In this document: positions 37,784 to 49,699 of the stretch, one piece after another
How positions within the stretch are numbered: the first letter of the stretch is position 1
How the letters are laid out: every line of letters begins with the position of its first letter
From: Octopus sinensis
Taxonomy: Eukaryota
DNA length: 64,000 bases
Direction of reading: 5' to 3'
NCBI RefSeq assembly: GCF_006345805.1
Contig: NC_043019.1
Coordinates: 11,531,360 to 11,595,359, forward strand
Program-made: the position numbers and the translations under genes
Notes under the pieces: model-generated
What the model saw: the letters and a program-made list of their open reading frames with translations, nothing else
Database searches by the model: none
Told to the model about the DNA's origin: nothing

Positions 37784-38473
37784 AGTATGTTGCTATACTG
37801 ACAGACCTAGAGCAATGCACTGCTTCTCAAAATTATTTAAAACCTTTCAACATTCAGATTACATTGTCCAATGCAATATTCACATTGTTTTGAATTAATC
37901 CTGCATTATCTCATAGCTTTGAGATTTTGATGATGTGATCGTTTATTTTTACAATGGCATTGTAAGGTAGGTATGAGAGGCCAGATATGGCCGGTTTGTT
38001 ACATAAAAACAGGCAGAATATTTGAGCCAGATATGAGCAGCTTAAGCATTAAAGGGTTAACTACTGCCCTATTTTTTTTCCCCTGCAACTTGCACACCAT
38101 CCCTGGACCTTCTGATCTATCCACTGCCTTCAGCCACTTCTATCTCTCTCATCTTACCTCGTCTCCACTCCGGTAGTTCCCTTCAACCACACCACCAACC
38201 TTGTTCATCACTCATGAGATTCCTCTCTAAGCATCTGTTACTCTTCCCTCACACTTTTATGAAACACACCCTCTCCCCATCCCACCTGATCCACAGTCCG
38301 TATTCTCTTTTATCCTCACATTCTTGTACCTTGAGAGTTTGCTCTGACACCCCATCACTATCATCTTCATCTTCTATCCAGCTATTCTCATTCACCCTCA
38401 TATTATGTGAGGTTGCCATGTATTTCTTGCATAGCAAGACGCCTGCGCTTGACCCTCTTTTTTTACATTAGCC

Positions 38474-38732
38474 CAGTGGTTTCCAAACTTTTTTGGGCTG
38501 TCCCCCCCTTGGCACCCAGGCCACATCCCTTGTGCCTTCATCCAACTCATCACCACAAACATAGACTACATTTTTTAGTAAATTCAAAACAACTGTATTT
38601 CACGTATAAAAACCTAATTAACTCATTATTTTGGAATTTTTTTATATCCATAGCCCCCTTTTCTTCAACACACCACTTAATTTTTCCACTACCGGCTACG
38701 GGGGGTAGTACTGTCCACCTTGGGAAACACTG
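38474..38732. mobile_element. hAT-like MITE
   Basis: CAGTGGTTTCCAA...TTGGGAAACACTG termini; no clean TSD. Confidence 0.55.
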
Positions 38733-39058
38733 CTAGCCTCTCAACAGCTAGTATAAAGCAACATCAAACTTCATACACAAACACTGTATGTACATCTATC
38801 CTTGTTTATCACAGGGATTGGTTCCAAACGAATACAGTGACAAATTAATCATCTGTAATCATTTTTGTAAATGGAACAACTTGTCCCATGTTGAAGGGTA
38901 GAAGTATGTAAATCTATTTAAAAAACGTGCAGCCTTGCAGCAGTCATGTAAACACAAAGAGCAGTTGGTGCATCCTGGGTAACTGAGCACTGTGGGTGGT
39001 CGCTAGTGTGCATTTCTGTGATAGAAGCAGCATCTTCGACTGTCACCAACCCATGTTA

Positions 39059-39385
39059 TCACAGATCAAACCATGATAAGCAGAACATAGTTCACAACTG
39101 AGCATGCTGTATTATCCCAGATCAGTGATGAATGAATCAGTGATAAATAAGGCTACGTGTGCAATCTATCCTTTGTTGTCAACACAAAGGTAACTAATAA
39201 TTCCCTAAACTTTTCATCTCTCACAGATCAAACCATGATAAGCAGAAAATAGTTCACAACGGAGCAATACTGTATTACCCCCAGATCAGTGATGAATGAA
39301 TCAGTGATAAATAAGGCTACATGAGCAATCTATCCTTTGTTGTCAACACAAAGGTAACTAATAATTCCCTAAACTTTTCATCTCA
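39059..39385. repeat. 162-bp tandem duplication
   Basis: acagatcaaacc at 39061 and 39223. Confidence 0.85.
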
Positions 39386-39672
39386 TTTTTCAAAACACAC
39401 ACTTCTGCTGCTGCTTATGTCACCTGGGTTACAGAAGCAATCAACTACTTCTAGCCTTCTGGGTATTTGAAAGAATTTATTTCATAGAAATAAGTTAACT
39501 AAACTATTTCTAGGAGTGCTGAAGCATCTTCCAGTTATTTAAAGATTAATATATCATATGTTAATGTAAAGAAGTTGGATAGTCGTTGTATAGCTTTTTT
39601 TCTTTTTCTTCTATTGCTGTATCTAGTCTGGTGTTTCCTTCCCTTTCCTGCTAGCAATGTTGCTAAGATCAA

Positions 39673-39999
39673 GTGAAAGTGCGTGGCTTAGTGGTTAGGG
39701 CATTTGACTCGTGATTGTAAGGTTGTGAGTTCGATTCCCGGCGACGCGTTGAGTCCTTGAGCAAGACACTTTATTTCACGTTGCTCCAGTCCACTCAGCT
39801 GGTAAAAATGAGTAGTACCTGTATTTCAAAGGGCCGGCCTTGTCACACTCTGTGTCACGCTGAATCTCCCCGAGAACTACGTTATGGGTACGCGTGTCTG
39901 TGGATTGCTCAGTCACTTGCACGTTAATTTCACGAGCAAGCTGTTCCGTTGATCGTATCAACTGGGACCCTCGTCGTCGTAACCGGCAGAGTGCTACCC
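39673..39999 (+). mobile_element. CORE-type SINE family D (fragments 40155-40400, 44497-44630)
   Basis: TGGCTTAGTGG / GAGTTCGATTCC boxes, CCTTGAGCAAGACACTT CORE motif, 13-bp TSD ttgctaagatcaa. Confidence 0.85.
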
Positions 40000-40458
40000 T
40001 TGCTAAGATCAACTTTATCTTTGATTTCTCTGCATTGAACTAGCAGAATTATAAGAAATAATTCAATCAATTATATTTAATTTCTTTTGCAAAATCAAAC
40101 CTTCTTTAAAAGAAAGGGACAGGGCTTAATAAAATGAATTTGATTTCCAGCAGTATGTTGTGTCCTTCAGCAAGACACTTTATTTCACATTGCTCCTGTC
40201 CACTCAGCTGACAAAATGAGTTGTACTTGTAGTTCAAAGGGACAGCCTTTTTCACACTCTGAGACACATTGAGTCTCTCTGAGAACTATGTTAGGGGTGT
40301 GAATGTCTGTGGAGTGCTCAGCCACTTGCATGCTAATTTCATGAGCAGGCTGTTCTGTTGATTGGATCAACTGGAACACTTGTCATTGTAATTGACAGAG
40401 TGACAGGGGGTCAATTACATTGACCCCAGTCTTTGGCTGGTACTTATTTTATTGACCC

Positions 40459-40866
40459 TGACCTACCATATTCTGAGCGCCTTGTTTCCCTGGGCATGGA
40501 TTCACTGAAGCTCCGGCGTTCGGCGACGGACTTGGTAAACACCCACAAAGTTATCAACCACCTCACCAACAACAACACTGAACACCTTTTTGATCTCCAT
40601 GTGTCTAACACACGTGGACATGCCTACAAAGTCAGAAAACAATACAGCTCCCATGACTTTCGGAAACATTTTTTCACGCTCAGAGTTGCTGAAGCATGGA
40701 ATAAACTGCCTGCGTCAGTTGTTGACTGCCATGACACTGCATCTTTTAAGGCCCTCATGCTTTCCGAAATCCGCCGAAACTACACCTGATTATATATACA
40801 CTTTAGATGAGTTGTAGTGCACCTGAGCACTGTACACAATTATTATTATTATTATTATTATTATTA
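40459..40866 (+). mobile_element. CR1-clade LINE 3' end (ORF2 C-terminus, 3'UTR, (ATT)n tail)
   Basis: YSERLVSLGMDSLKLRR..TRGHAYK..RKHFFTLRV..WNKLP..SFK motif. It interrupts a SINE A. Confidence 0.85.
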
Positions 40867-42155
40867 AGACTTTAGCAGAATTTGAACTCAGAATGTAAAG
40901 CTGGAAGGTGGTAAGTAGCTTGCTTACCAACCACATGGTTCCGGGTTCAGTCCCATTGCGTGGAACCTTGGGCAAGTGTCTTCTACTATAGCCTCGGGCC
41001 AACCAAAGCCTTGTGAGTGGATTTGGCAGACGGAAACTGAAAGAAGCCCGTCGTATATATGTATATATATATGTATGTGTGTGTATATGTTTGTCCCCCC
41101 AACATCACTTGACAACCGATGCTTGCGTGTTTATGTCCCCGTAACTTAGCGGTGCGGCAAAAGAGACCGATACAATAAGTACTAGGCTTACAAAGAATAA
41201 GTCCTGGGGTCGATTTGCTCGACAAAAGGCGGTGCTCCAGCATGGCCGCAGTCAAATGACTGAAACAAGTAAGAGTAAGAGAGAGTAAGAGTAATACCAC
41301 TGAGCATTTCTCCTGGCACACTAATGATTTTTCCACCTTGGGACCATAGTATTTTCATTAATATGGATAACCAATTCCTAAACAAATGATAGTCGCAGGA
41401 GTGGCTGTGTGGTAAGTAGCTTGCTAACCAACCACATGGTTCCGGGTTCAGTCCCACTGCGTGGCATCTTGGGCAAGTGTCTTCTGCTATAGCCCCGGGC
41501 CGACCAATGCCTTGTGAGTGGATTTGGTAGACAGAAACTGAAAGAAGCCTGTCGTATATATGTATATATATATATGTGTGTGTGTTTGTGTGTCTGTGTT
41601 TGTCCCCCTAGCATTGCTTGACAACCGATGCTGGTGTGTTTACGTCCCCGTTACTTAGCGGTTCGGCAAAAAAGAGACCGATAGAATAAGTACTGGGCTT
41701 ACAAAGAATAAGTCTCGGGGTCGGTTTGCTCGACTAAAGGCAGTGCTCCAGCATGGCCGCAGTCAAATGACTGAAACAAGTAAAAGAGTAAAGAGTAAAG
41801 AGTATAGTTAACATTTTTTTTTTGTTATTAAACTTTAGATTGAAATTGTTAAAATGAAATCAAACATTTTTTTTTTTTAACTTAAAAAAAATTAATTTTG
41901 AAACACACAAACATATTCTCTTTCTATGCAACGGAGCAGAAAAATACTTTAGAATGTAAATACAAGATGAAGAATTTCTTTTTGTTTAAAAAAATATATT
42001 TCATTTTAATGTTGTAAAATAGGCAAAAACAAAAGAATATTTCTTAAATATAACAAATGAATAAAAAAAAATCAACAAGAAACAATGTTGAAAAATGTGA
42101 ATGAAATAAACAATAAATAAATAATAAATAGGAAACGATATGTTTGTTGTTGAAT

Positions 42156-45100
42156 TTAGGTGGAAGTCTTGATTTGATCAATGTCTAGTTGCATTTCTTG
42201 GTATAACATAGCTAGTGACTGCTTGAATGCCATAAGCTCCGACTCAGCTTTTCCAACACGGTCTAAGCAGCTAAACAGTTTCTTTAGTTTCTCTTCCATA
42301 AGCCTACCGTGTTCCTCATACATGGCTACCATTTGCTGTTGTGCTGTGATGCATCGCTTTTCAACCTGGAAAAATGGTATCCAAATACAAACCAAAGTCA
42401 AAGGTAATAATGACAAAATAAACGTCTGTGTATCAATATTACAACAGGAGTGGCTGTGTGGTAAGTAGCTTGTTTACCAACCACATGGTTCTGGGTTCAG
42501 TCCCACTGTGTGGCACCTTGGGCAAGTGTCTTCTACTATAGCCTCGGGCCGACCAAAGCCTTGTGAGTGGATTTGGTAGACGGAAACTGAAAGAAGCCTG
42601 TCGTATATATATATATATATGTGTGCGTGTATGTTTGTGTTTGTCCCCCTAGCATTGCTTGACAACCGATGCTGGTGTGTTTATGTCCCCGTCACTTAGC
42701 GGTTCGGCAAAAGAAACCGATAGAATAAGTACTAGGCTTACAAAGAATAGGTCCCGGGGGTCGAGTTGCTCGATTAAAGGCGGTGCTCCAGCATGGCCGC
42801 AGTCAAATGATTGAAACAAGTAAAAGAGTAAAGAGAGTAAAAGTGAGTAAAAGAGAGGTTATAATGTGGTATAATTTTCATACATCACTTTCAAATCTGT
42901 TTTCATCAATAGGAGGAGCAGGCATGGCTATGTGGTTGAGACCAGCCACATGGTTTTGTATTTAGTTCCACTGTGTGGCACCTTGGGCAAATGTATTCTA
43001 CTATAGCTCCAGGTCAATCAAAGTGTGCTCTAGTATTACCAAAGAGAATAATCATCATTCCACAGCCTTTTAATTAAATCTGATGCTTTCACTAACAACA
43101 TTTACTGTTCTACAATAACACATGCTGTTACGGCTTGTTTAACCTGGTTTTTGTATAACAAAACTAGCAGTATCGTCCGGCGTTGCTCGGGTTTGTAAGG
43201 GAAATAACTATATAAACATTTTTAGAGAGTTATAGCCAAAAAATAGCAAAAAAATGCATTAGAAATGGAAAAAAAATGATGGTAATTTTTTTTTTTAATC
43301 GTTGACTCATCGTAGACATTTTTAGAGAGTTACTTCCCTTATATAATAGCGAAAAAAATGCATTAAAATGGAAAAAATGATGGTAAATTTTTTTTTAAAT
43401 CGTAGACTCATCGTAGACGCGCGCTAATACTCAGAAGGGCTCGATATGAATCACGACTATAAGATACCTGGTTTTGGTTAAACTGCACCGCAAAATGTGG
43501 GAGTAGTTAGGAATCTAAATCGTAGGAGACAGACACACAACTTCACTTTTATATATAAAGATATCATTGTAAAAAGGGGAAAAAAACTCAAGTGGGCCAT
43601 GACTGACAGAAGTCACTGATATCCCTACTCTAAACTATTGACGGTTACTTCAACAACAACAACAACAACACAAAATAACAACTAACATGCCATGCAAAAC
43701 ATTCCAGTAATTTAAGGTTATTCTTTGTTTGAAATTGATTCGTTATTTTTTTTTTTTTAATTCCATTTTTAATCAGTACAGCCATTAATTTCACCATGAA
43801 AAACAAATCAGCTATGCATAACACCAAATCTTGAATTCTTGCTACTTAATTAATTCAATCAAAACAGAAGTGGCAGAAAACAGCCTTGATAAACATTAAC
43901 ACCTTTGATATCAACCCACCTAAGACTGTTTTAACCCTTTAGTGTTTAAACCGGCCATATCTGGCCCAGATATTCCACATATTTTATATTCAAACTGGCC
44001 AGATCCAGCCTCTCACACCAAACCTACATTGACATTCTAAAAATAAACAATCACATCATTGAAACCTCAAAGCTATAAGATAATGCATGATTGATTCAAA
44101 ACAATTTGAGTGAAAAAATATTACATTTAACAGAGTAATCTGAACACTAAAGGGTTAAACTGATCTAATTAAAACATTTCATTCAAACTTCAGGTTAATT
44201 AACATCCCAGACTCCAGCTTAACCCTTTAGTATTCGCATTAGTCTGCCAAAATTAATCCTTTTTTATCCACATTGTTTTGAATTTATCATGTAGCTATGA
44301 GATTTTGATGAGGTAGCTGTTAATTTTTAAAACGATATTGTAGGGTTGGTGTGAGAGACCAGATCTGGCCAGTTTGACCATAAAACAGGCAGAATACTTT
44401 TGGCCGGATATGGCCGGTTTAAATGCTAAAGGGTTAATAATGACTGAGTGATTTTACTAAATTCTGCAAGAATTTGAAGGCGTGTGGCTTAGTGGTTAGT
44501 GTATTTGGCTCATGATTGTAAGGTTGTGAGTTCAATTCTTGACAGCACGTTGTGTCCTTAAGCAAGACACTTTACTTCACATTGTTTTAATCCACTCAGC
44601 TGGCAAAAATGAGTAGTACCTGTATTTATCTAAGAGAGCAACAACTCTGGATCAGAACTGACTTAGTGATGACCAGTTCAACCCATACCAGCATGGAAAG
44701 CAGACAAAATGATGGTGGTGGCGGAGGTGGTTTATGGCTGTGGTGATGATATCAACTATCATCATCATCATCATCATCATCATCATCGTTTAACGTCCGC
44801 TTTCCATGCTAGCATGGGTTGGACAGTTCAACTGGGGTCTGGGGAGCCCGAAGGCTGCACCAGGCCAGTCAGATCTGGCAGTGTTTCTACAGCTGGATGC
44901 CCTTCCTAACGCCAACCACTCCGAGAGTGTAGTGGGTGATTTTATGTGCCACCGACACAGGAGCCAGACGAGGCTGGCGAACGGCCACGCTCGGATGGTG
45001 TTTTTTTTTATGTGCCACCGACACAGGTGCCAGACGAGGCTGGCAGACGGCCACGCTTGGATCGTGTTTTTTATGTGCCACCAACACAGGTGCCAGACAA

Positions 45101-45590
45101 GGCTGGCGAATGGCCACGCTTGGATGGTGTTTTTTATGTGCCACCGACACAGGTGCCAGACGAGGCTGGCGAACGGCCACGCTTGGATGGTGTTTTTTAT
45201 GTGCCACCGACACAGGTGCCAGACGAGGCTGGCGAATGGCCACGCTTGGATGGTGTTTTTTATGTGCCACCGACACAGGTACCAGACGAAGCTGGCGAAC
45301 GGCCACGATCGGATGGTGTTTGTTACGTGCCCACAGCACGGAGGCCAGTCGATGCGGTACTGGCTACGGCCTAACTGTGACAAAAATATTTTCCAAAGCA
45401 AATAATAACATAAACTTACATGTTTTTCCAATTGCTTTCTATATTCACTGAAGAGTTCGTCATGTTTGCGCTTGTCATTAACTTCATCGATAAGCTCCTG
45501 AGCTTGCTGTATGATAGAGTCTTTGGTAACCATGTCCATTGAAGACATTGAGGCTGGAGTATCTTTTACATGAAAGTCAGAGGAATCCAT
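42156..45590 (-). CDS. SYCE2: Synaptonemal complex central element protein 2 orthologue (126 aa from ATG 45590)
   Basis: Exons 45590-45420 (donor CAT|gtaagt) and 42365-42156 (ttttccag|GTT...TAA), phase 0. DSIIQQAQELIDEVNDKRKHDELFSEYRKQLEKHVEKRC..MYEEHGRLMEEKL..ESEL..LYQEM matches the remembered SYCE2 core (LQKRAQELIENIN..FRNSLK..IYNDHN..QEKL..ETELK..VYKDL). An acceptor 3 nt before the ATG implies an upstream exon. Confidence 0.82.
43164..43561 (-). mobile_element. Non-autonomous Helitron copy 2 (SYCE2 intron)
   Basis: Reverse complement of copy 1 with the same TC/CTAG termini, between A and T. Confidence 0.8.
43935..44433. mobile_element. Two piggyBac-type family 2 MITEs in inverted orientation (43935-44154, 44223-44433)
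   Basis: Each is TTAA|CCCTTTAG..CTAAAGGG|TTAA. Relatives lie at ~37800-38060, ~46415-46630 and a split copy at ~14580-15185. Confidence 0.7.
44755..45365 (-). mobile_element. RTE-associated short repeat with internal 63-bp array
   Basis: ggatgcccttcctaacgccaacc motif and (GAT)n tail. Other copies: ~11870-12230, 14700-15082, 19412-19585, 23398-23540, 24080-24455, 25195-25355, 28050-28300, 36145-36470, 47960-48272. Confidence 0.7.
44944..45330. repeat. 63-bp minisatellite, ~6 copies
   Basis: tggatgg recurs at 45121 and 45184; 21-aa periodic ORFs. Confidence 0.9.
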
Positions 45591-47830
45591 TTGCTACAAA
45601 TAAATTACTGTGAATCAAGCATAAGTTCAAATCAAGGTGGAAGTGAATGCAAAAAAAAAAAAAAAAAAAAAAAAAAAACCAAATAAATGATAATCCTTTC
45701 TACTTCAGGCACCAGGCCTGAAATTTGAGGGAAAGGGACAAGTTGATTACATCGACCCCAGTGTTTCACTAGTATTTAATTTATTGATCCCGAAAGGACG
45801 AAAGGCAAAGTCGACCTCAGTGGAATTTGAACTTAGAACATAGTGACAGGTGAAATACCTATTTCTTTACTACCCACAAGGGGCTAAACATAGAGAGGAA
45901 AAACAAGGACAGACAAACGGATTAAGTTGATTATATCGACCCCAGTGCGTAACTGGTACTTATTTAATCGACCCCAAAAGGATGAAAGGCAAAGTCGACC
46001 TCGGCGGAATTTGAACTCAGAACGTAGCGGCAGACGAAATACTGCAAAGCATTTTGCCTGGCGTGCTAACGTTTCTGCCAGCTTGCTGCCTTTATTTATT
46101 GATCCCGAAAGGACAAAAGGCAAAGTCGACCTCAGTGGAATTTGAACTCAGAACATAGCGACAGGTGAAATACCACTCAGCATTTCATCCAGCATGCTAA
46201 CAATTCTGCCAGCTCACCACCTTAACAAAACAAATAATAGTAACAAACAAATAGGTGTAAATCAAAAATGTCATAATGTAAATTTAGTTCATATTTTTGG
46301 TCCATAAAGTACAAAGTATTGGGATCGCTTCTTCTCTCTAAATCAGTTGCATACCAGTGAGAAATGCTGTGGGGACCACTCAGGGGGTCCTTACAGGAGA
46401 GTCACACATATTTAATCCTTTAGCATTCAGATTACTCTGTCAAAGATAATGCTTATTAATTCACACTGTTTAGAATTAATCTTGCATTATCTCAAAAAAT
46501 TTGGGATTTCAATAATATGATTGTATATTTTTGGAATAACACTGAAGGGTAGGTGCAAGAGGCTGGATCATTTTGAACATAAAACAGGAAGAATATTAGG
46601 GTTGGTTATGGATGGTTTAATTGCTAAAGGGCTATTATGTTGTTGTTGTTGTTTGTTCCTTCTCGAGCCATGCCTGGCTCATAAGGGCCGGTTTCCCAGT
46701 TTCTTGGCATATAGGTTCCCCACCTGGATGGGACGCCACTCCGTCGCAGGTGAGCTGCAAGATGCAGGAGAAAAGAGTGAGAGAAAGTTGTGGCGAAAGA
46801 GTCAGAAGTTTCGCCATTACCTTCTGCTAGAGCCGCGTGGAGCTTAGGTGTTTTGCTCATAAACACACACATTGCCCGGTCTGAGATTCGAACCAGCGAT
46901 CCCTCGACCGCGAGTTCGCTGCTCTAACCACTAGGCCATGTGCCTCCACAAAGGGTTATTATAGTGAACTGAAAATCTTTATATACAAGCCTTTACGAAG
47001 GAGATAACAGAGACAACATTCTGAATTCGTTTACAAGGCTTAGAAAAACTGAAGGACCGCTGTAATAAATGTGTCTCTCTGATCCTCCTGTATTTTCTTT
47101 AAACCAAAACCAGGAACTTTTCAGCAACCCCTCGTGTATGAAGGGACAGGGGATATGTACATATGCATACATACACAACAAGCTTCCTCACAGTTGTCGT
47201 CTACCAAATTCACTTGCATGCCATTGATTGACCAAGGCACTTGCCCAAGGTGCTACACAATGGGACTAAACCTGAAACCATGTAATTGCAAAGTGTGTTT
47301 CTATTCCTAAATACACAGAGCTGTGGTACTGTATCAAGTTACTTCAAATAATGCTTACTACCTATCATATACTCTTCAAGGAAGATAAGGTAAAAAGACA
47401 TGATGTAATAATATCATGATCTACGCATAAATGAGCGTATATGATTACATCGTGGCTAAATAAGCTGGGAGGCCATTCAGTACAGTTTGTAACATAGATA
47501 GATTGCTTTTTGGCATGAATGGTGAAATTAAGAGCTAATGGGAAAAGTTTGCTGTTAATTACAGCAAAAACTCTATATATATATATATATAGATGTCTCG
47601 CAAACAACTTGCACATGCAAGTGCTACCAGTTAAAAGCTCCGTATACCGGAAGCTAGCAAATGTATGGGGTCATCAGGAGAGAATGCGCGCCGTTTCGGG
47701 GCCTACCTCTCGACAGCATCAATGCGCACCAGCCCCCCCCCCTCACTGATATGAGGCCCCGCTTGCTAGATCAGCTGGTTATGAAGAACTCAATATACTT
47801 CTAGCCATCACTCATCGTCTCTTTTTAACC

Positions 47831-47861
<31 letters not shown>

Positions 47862-48663
47862 TAGTCCCGGGGTCGATTTGCTCGACTAAAGGCGGCGCTC
47901 CAGCATGGCCACAGTCAATTGACTGAAACAAGTGAAAGAGAGTAAAGAGTATATATATATCATCATCATCATCATTTAGCGTCCGTTCTCCATGCTAGCA
48001 TGGGTTGGACGGTTCAACTGGGGTCTGTGAAGCTGGAAGGCTTCATCAGGCCCAGTCAGATCTGGCAGTGTTTCTACGGCTGGATGCCCTTCCTAACGCC
48101 AACCACTCCATGAGTGTAGTGGGTGCTTTTTACGTGCCACCTGCACAGGTGCCAGACAGAGCTGGCAAACGGCCACGAACGGATGGTGCTTTTACGTGTC
48201 ACCGGCACGGGGCCAGGCGAGGCTGGCAACGGACACGAACGGATGGTGCTTTTACATGCCACCGACACGGGGATATATATATATATCAATGTCTGTCTAA
48301 TGTAGCCAGTATGAAAATATGTTGAAATACTAATTGTAAAGTGTGAGTTTTGATCAATAAGGTGAAGAACAAAAGGTGATAGTGTCTAAAGACTATATGT
48401 TAAAAAATAAATAATTGGGGCTAAAAAGAGCTTTTGAAGCTTTGAAGCAGGAAGGGTTGGTGACAGGAAGAGCATGCAACTGTAGAAATTTACCTCAATA
48501 AACATTGTCCAACCCATGCAAGCATAGAAAGGTAGATGTTATGATGGTGATGATTTTAAAAATATCATTAGCCTCCACCCATTTATTTTTATGAAGATAT
48601 CACACATACATCACATGCAGGGGCGGTGACAGCAAAATTATCATCATCATCAATTTTATGTTA

Positions 48664-49067
48664 GGATCTTTTAGGTTTGAACGGCAGTTTTTTCTAGTGG
48701 TGTCATATGAAATTGTCACCCATAATTATGACCCTAGTATCGATCTATTGCATTTCAATCTGTGTTAGGGCTAGGGGTAGGGGGAAGGGTATCTTTTTTT
48801 TCCTTCAGAAATGTAAATAAACCCAATCTGTTTCTTAAACGAGGGACAAATTCATACAGCACAGAATGTTTTCACCTCAATAGACGTCATTGATTGGTTG
48901 AAATTGAAGAAAAAATACAACAAATATCTTACAAACTATAGAATTTTCTCAATAAAGCCAAGAGAAAATGATGTTTTATAAACACATTCTACCAGTATAT
49001 GAAGTTCAAAAGTGTTTAGTTACGTGAAAATTATTTTTAAAAACTGCCGGTCAAACCGAAAAGATCC
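48664..49067. mobile_element. ~400-bp MITE, GGATCTTTT..AAAAGATCC TIRs, 8-bp TSD
   Basis: Flanks TTATGTTA / TTATGTTT. An inverted homologue lies at 53136-53544. Confidence 0.75.
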
Positions 49068-49343
49068 TTATGTTTATTTATCCATCCTTGCATGGGTTAA
49101 GCAAGTCTGTTCACCTGTAGCTTTCTACATCTCTATTGTATATCATCTCGTACTACAACTGACTTCCTCCTCCTCCTCCTACTACTACTACTGGAACCTT
49201 CTATTACTATTTCATCTATTTTGCATCAACCATTGATATCACATGCCTCAATAAGCGCAGAGTCAGTTGATATTTCTGATGCTCAACCACATTCTCAGTG
49301 CTCTTTCACTTAAATTGGCAAGTGGATTCCTGTAATCAAAATC

Positions 49344-49699
49344 ATTCCAGCCATAACTGCCCTGTCTTTCAATTCATAAATGACTACAATGGTTAATATA
49401 ATCCTTTAAGATGGTAGGATATAATTTTAAGAGAATTCAGCTGCTATTTCTAGCAGTTTGTGTGACCCAAAGAGGCTGACTTGTTAGGTCTAGGCAACCT
49501 ATCAGTGCATCTCTAATGCTTATTCCAGCCTTAACTGCCCTGTCTTTCAGTACATAAATGACTACAATGGTTAATATAATCCTTTAAGATGGTAGGATAT
49601 AATTTTAAGAGAATTCAGCTGCTATTTCTAGCAGCTTGTGTGACCCAAAGAGGCTGACTTGTTAGGTCTAGGCAACCTACCAGTGCATCTCTAATGCTT
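49344..49699. repeat. 178-bp tandem duplication
   Basis: attccagcc at 49344 and 49522. Confidence 0.85.

Noticed and set aside
44790-45590. 266-aa ORF as a single protein
   Set aside because: Only the first 57 aa are the SYCE2 exon (gtaagt donor at 45419); the rest is an intronic 63-bp repeat.
48765-48785. Telomere-like TTAGGG
   Set aside because: Single degenerate unit inside a MITE, mirrored in the other copy.
48661-49070. PIF/Harbinger (3-bp TTA TSD) assignment
   Set aside because: The duplication extends to 8 bp in both copies.
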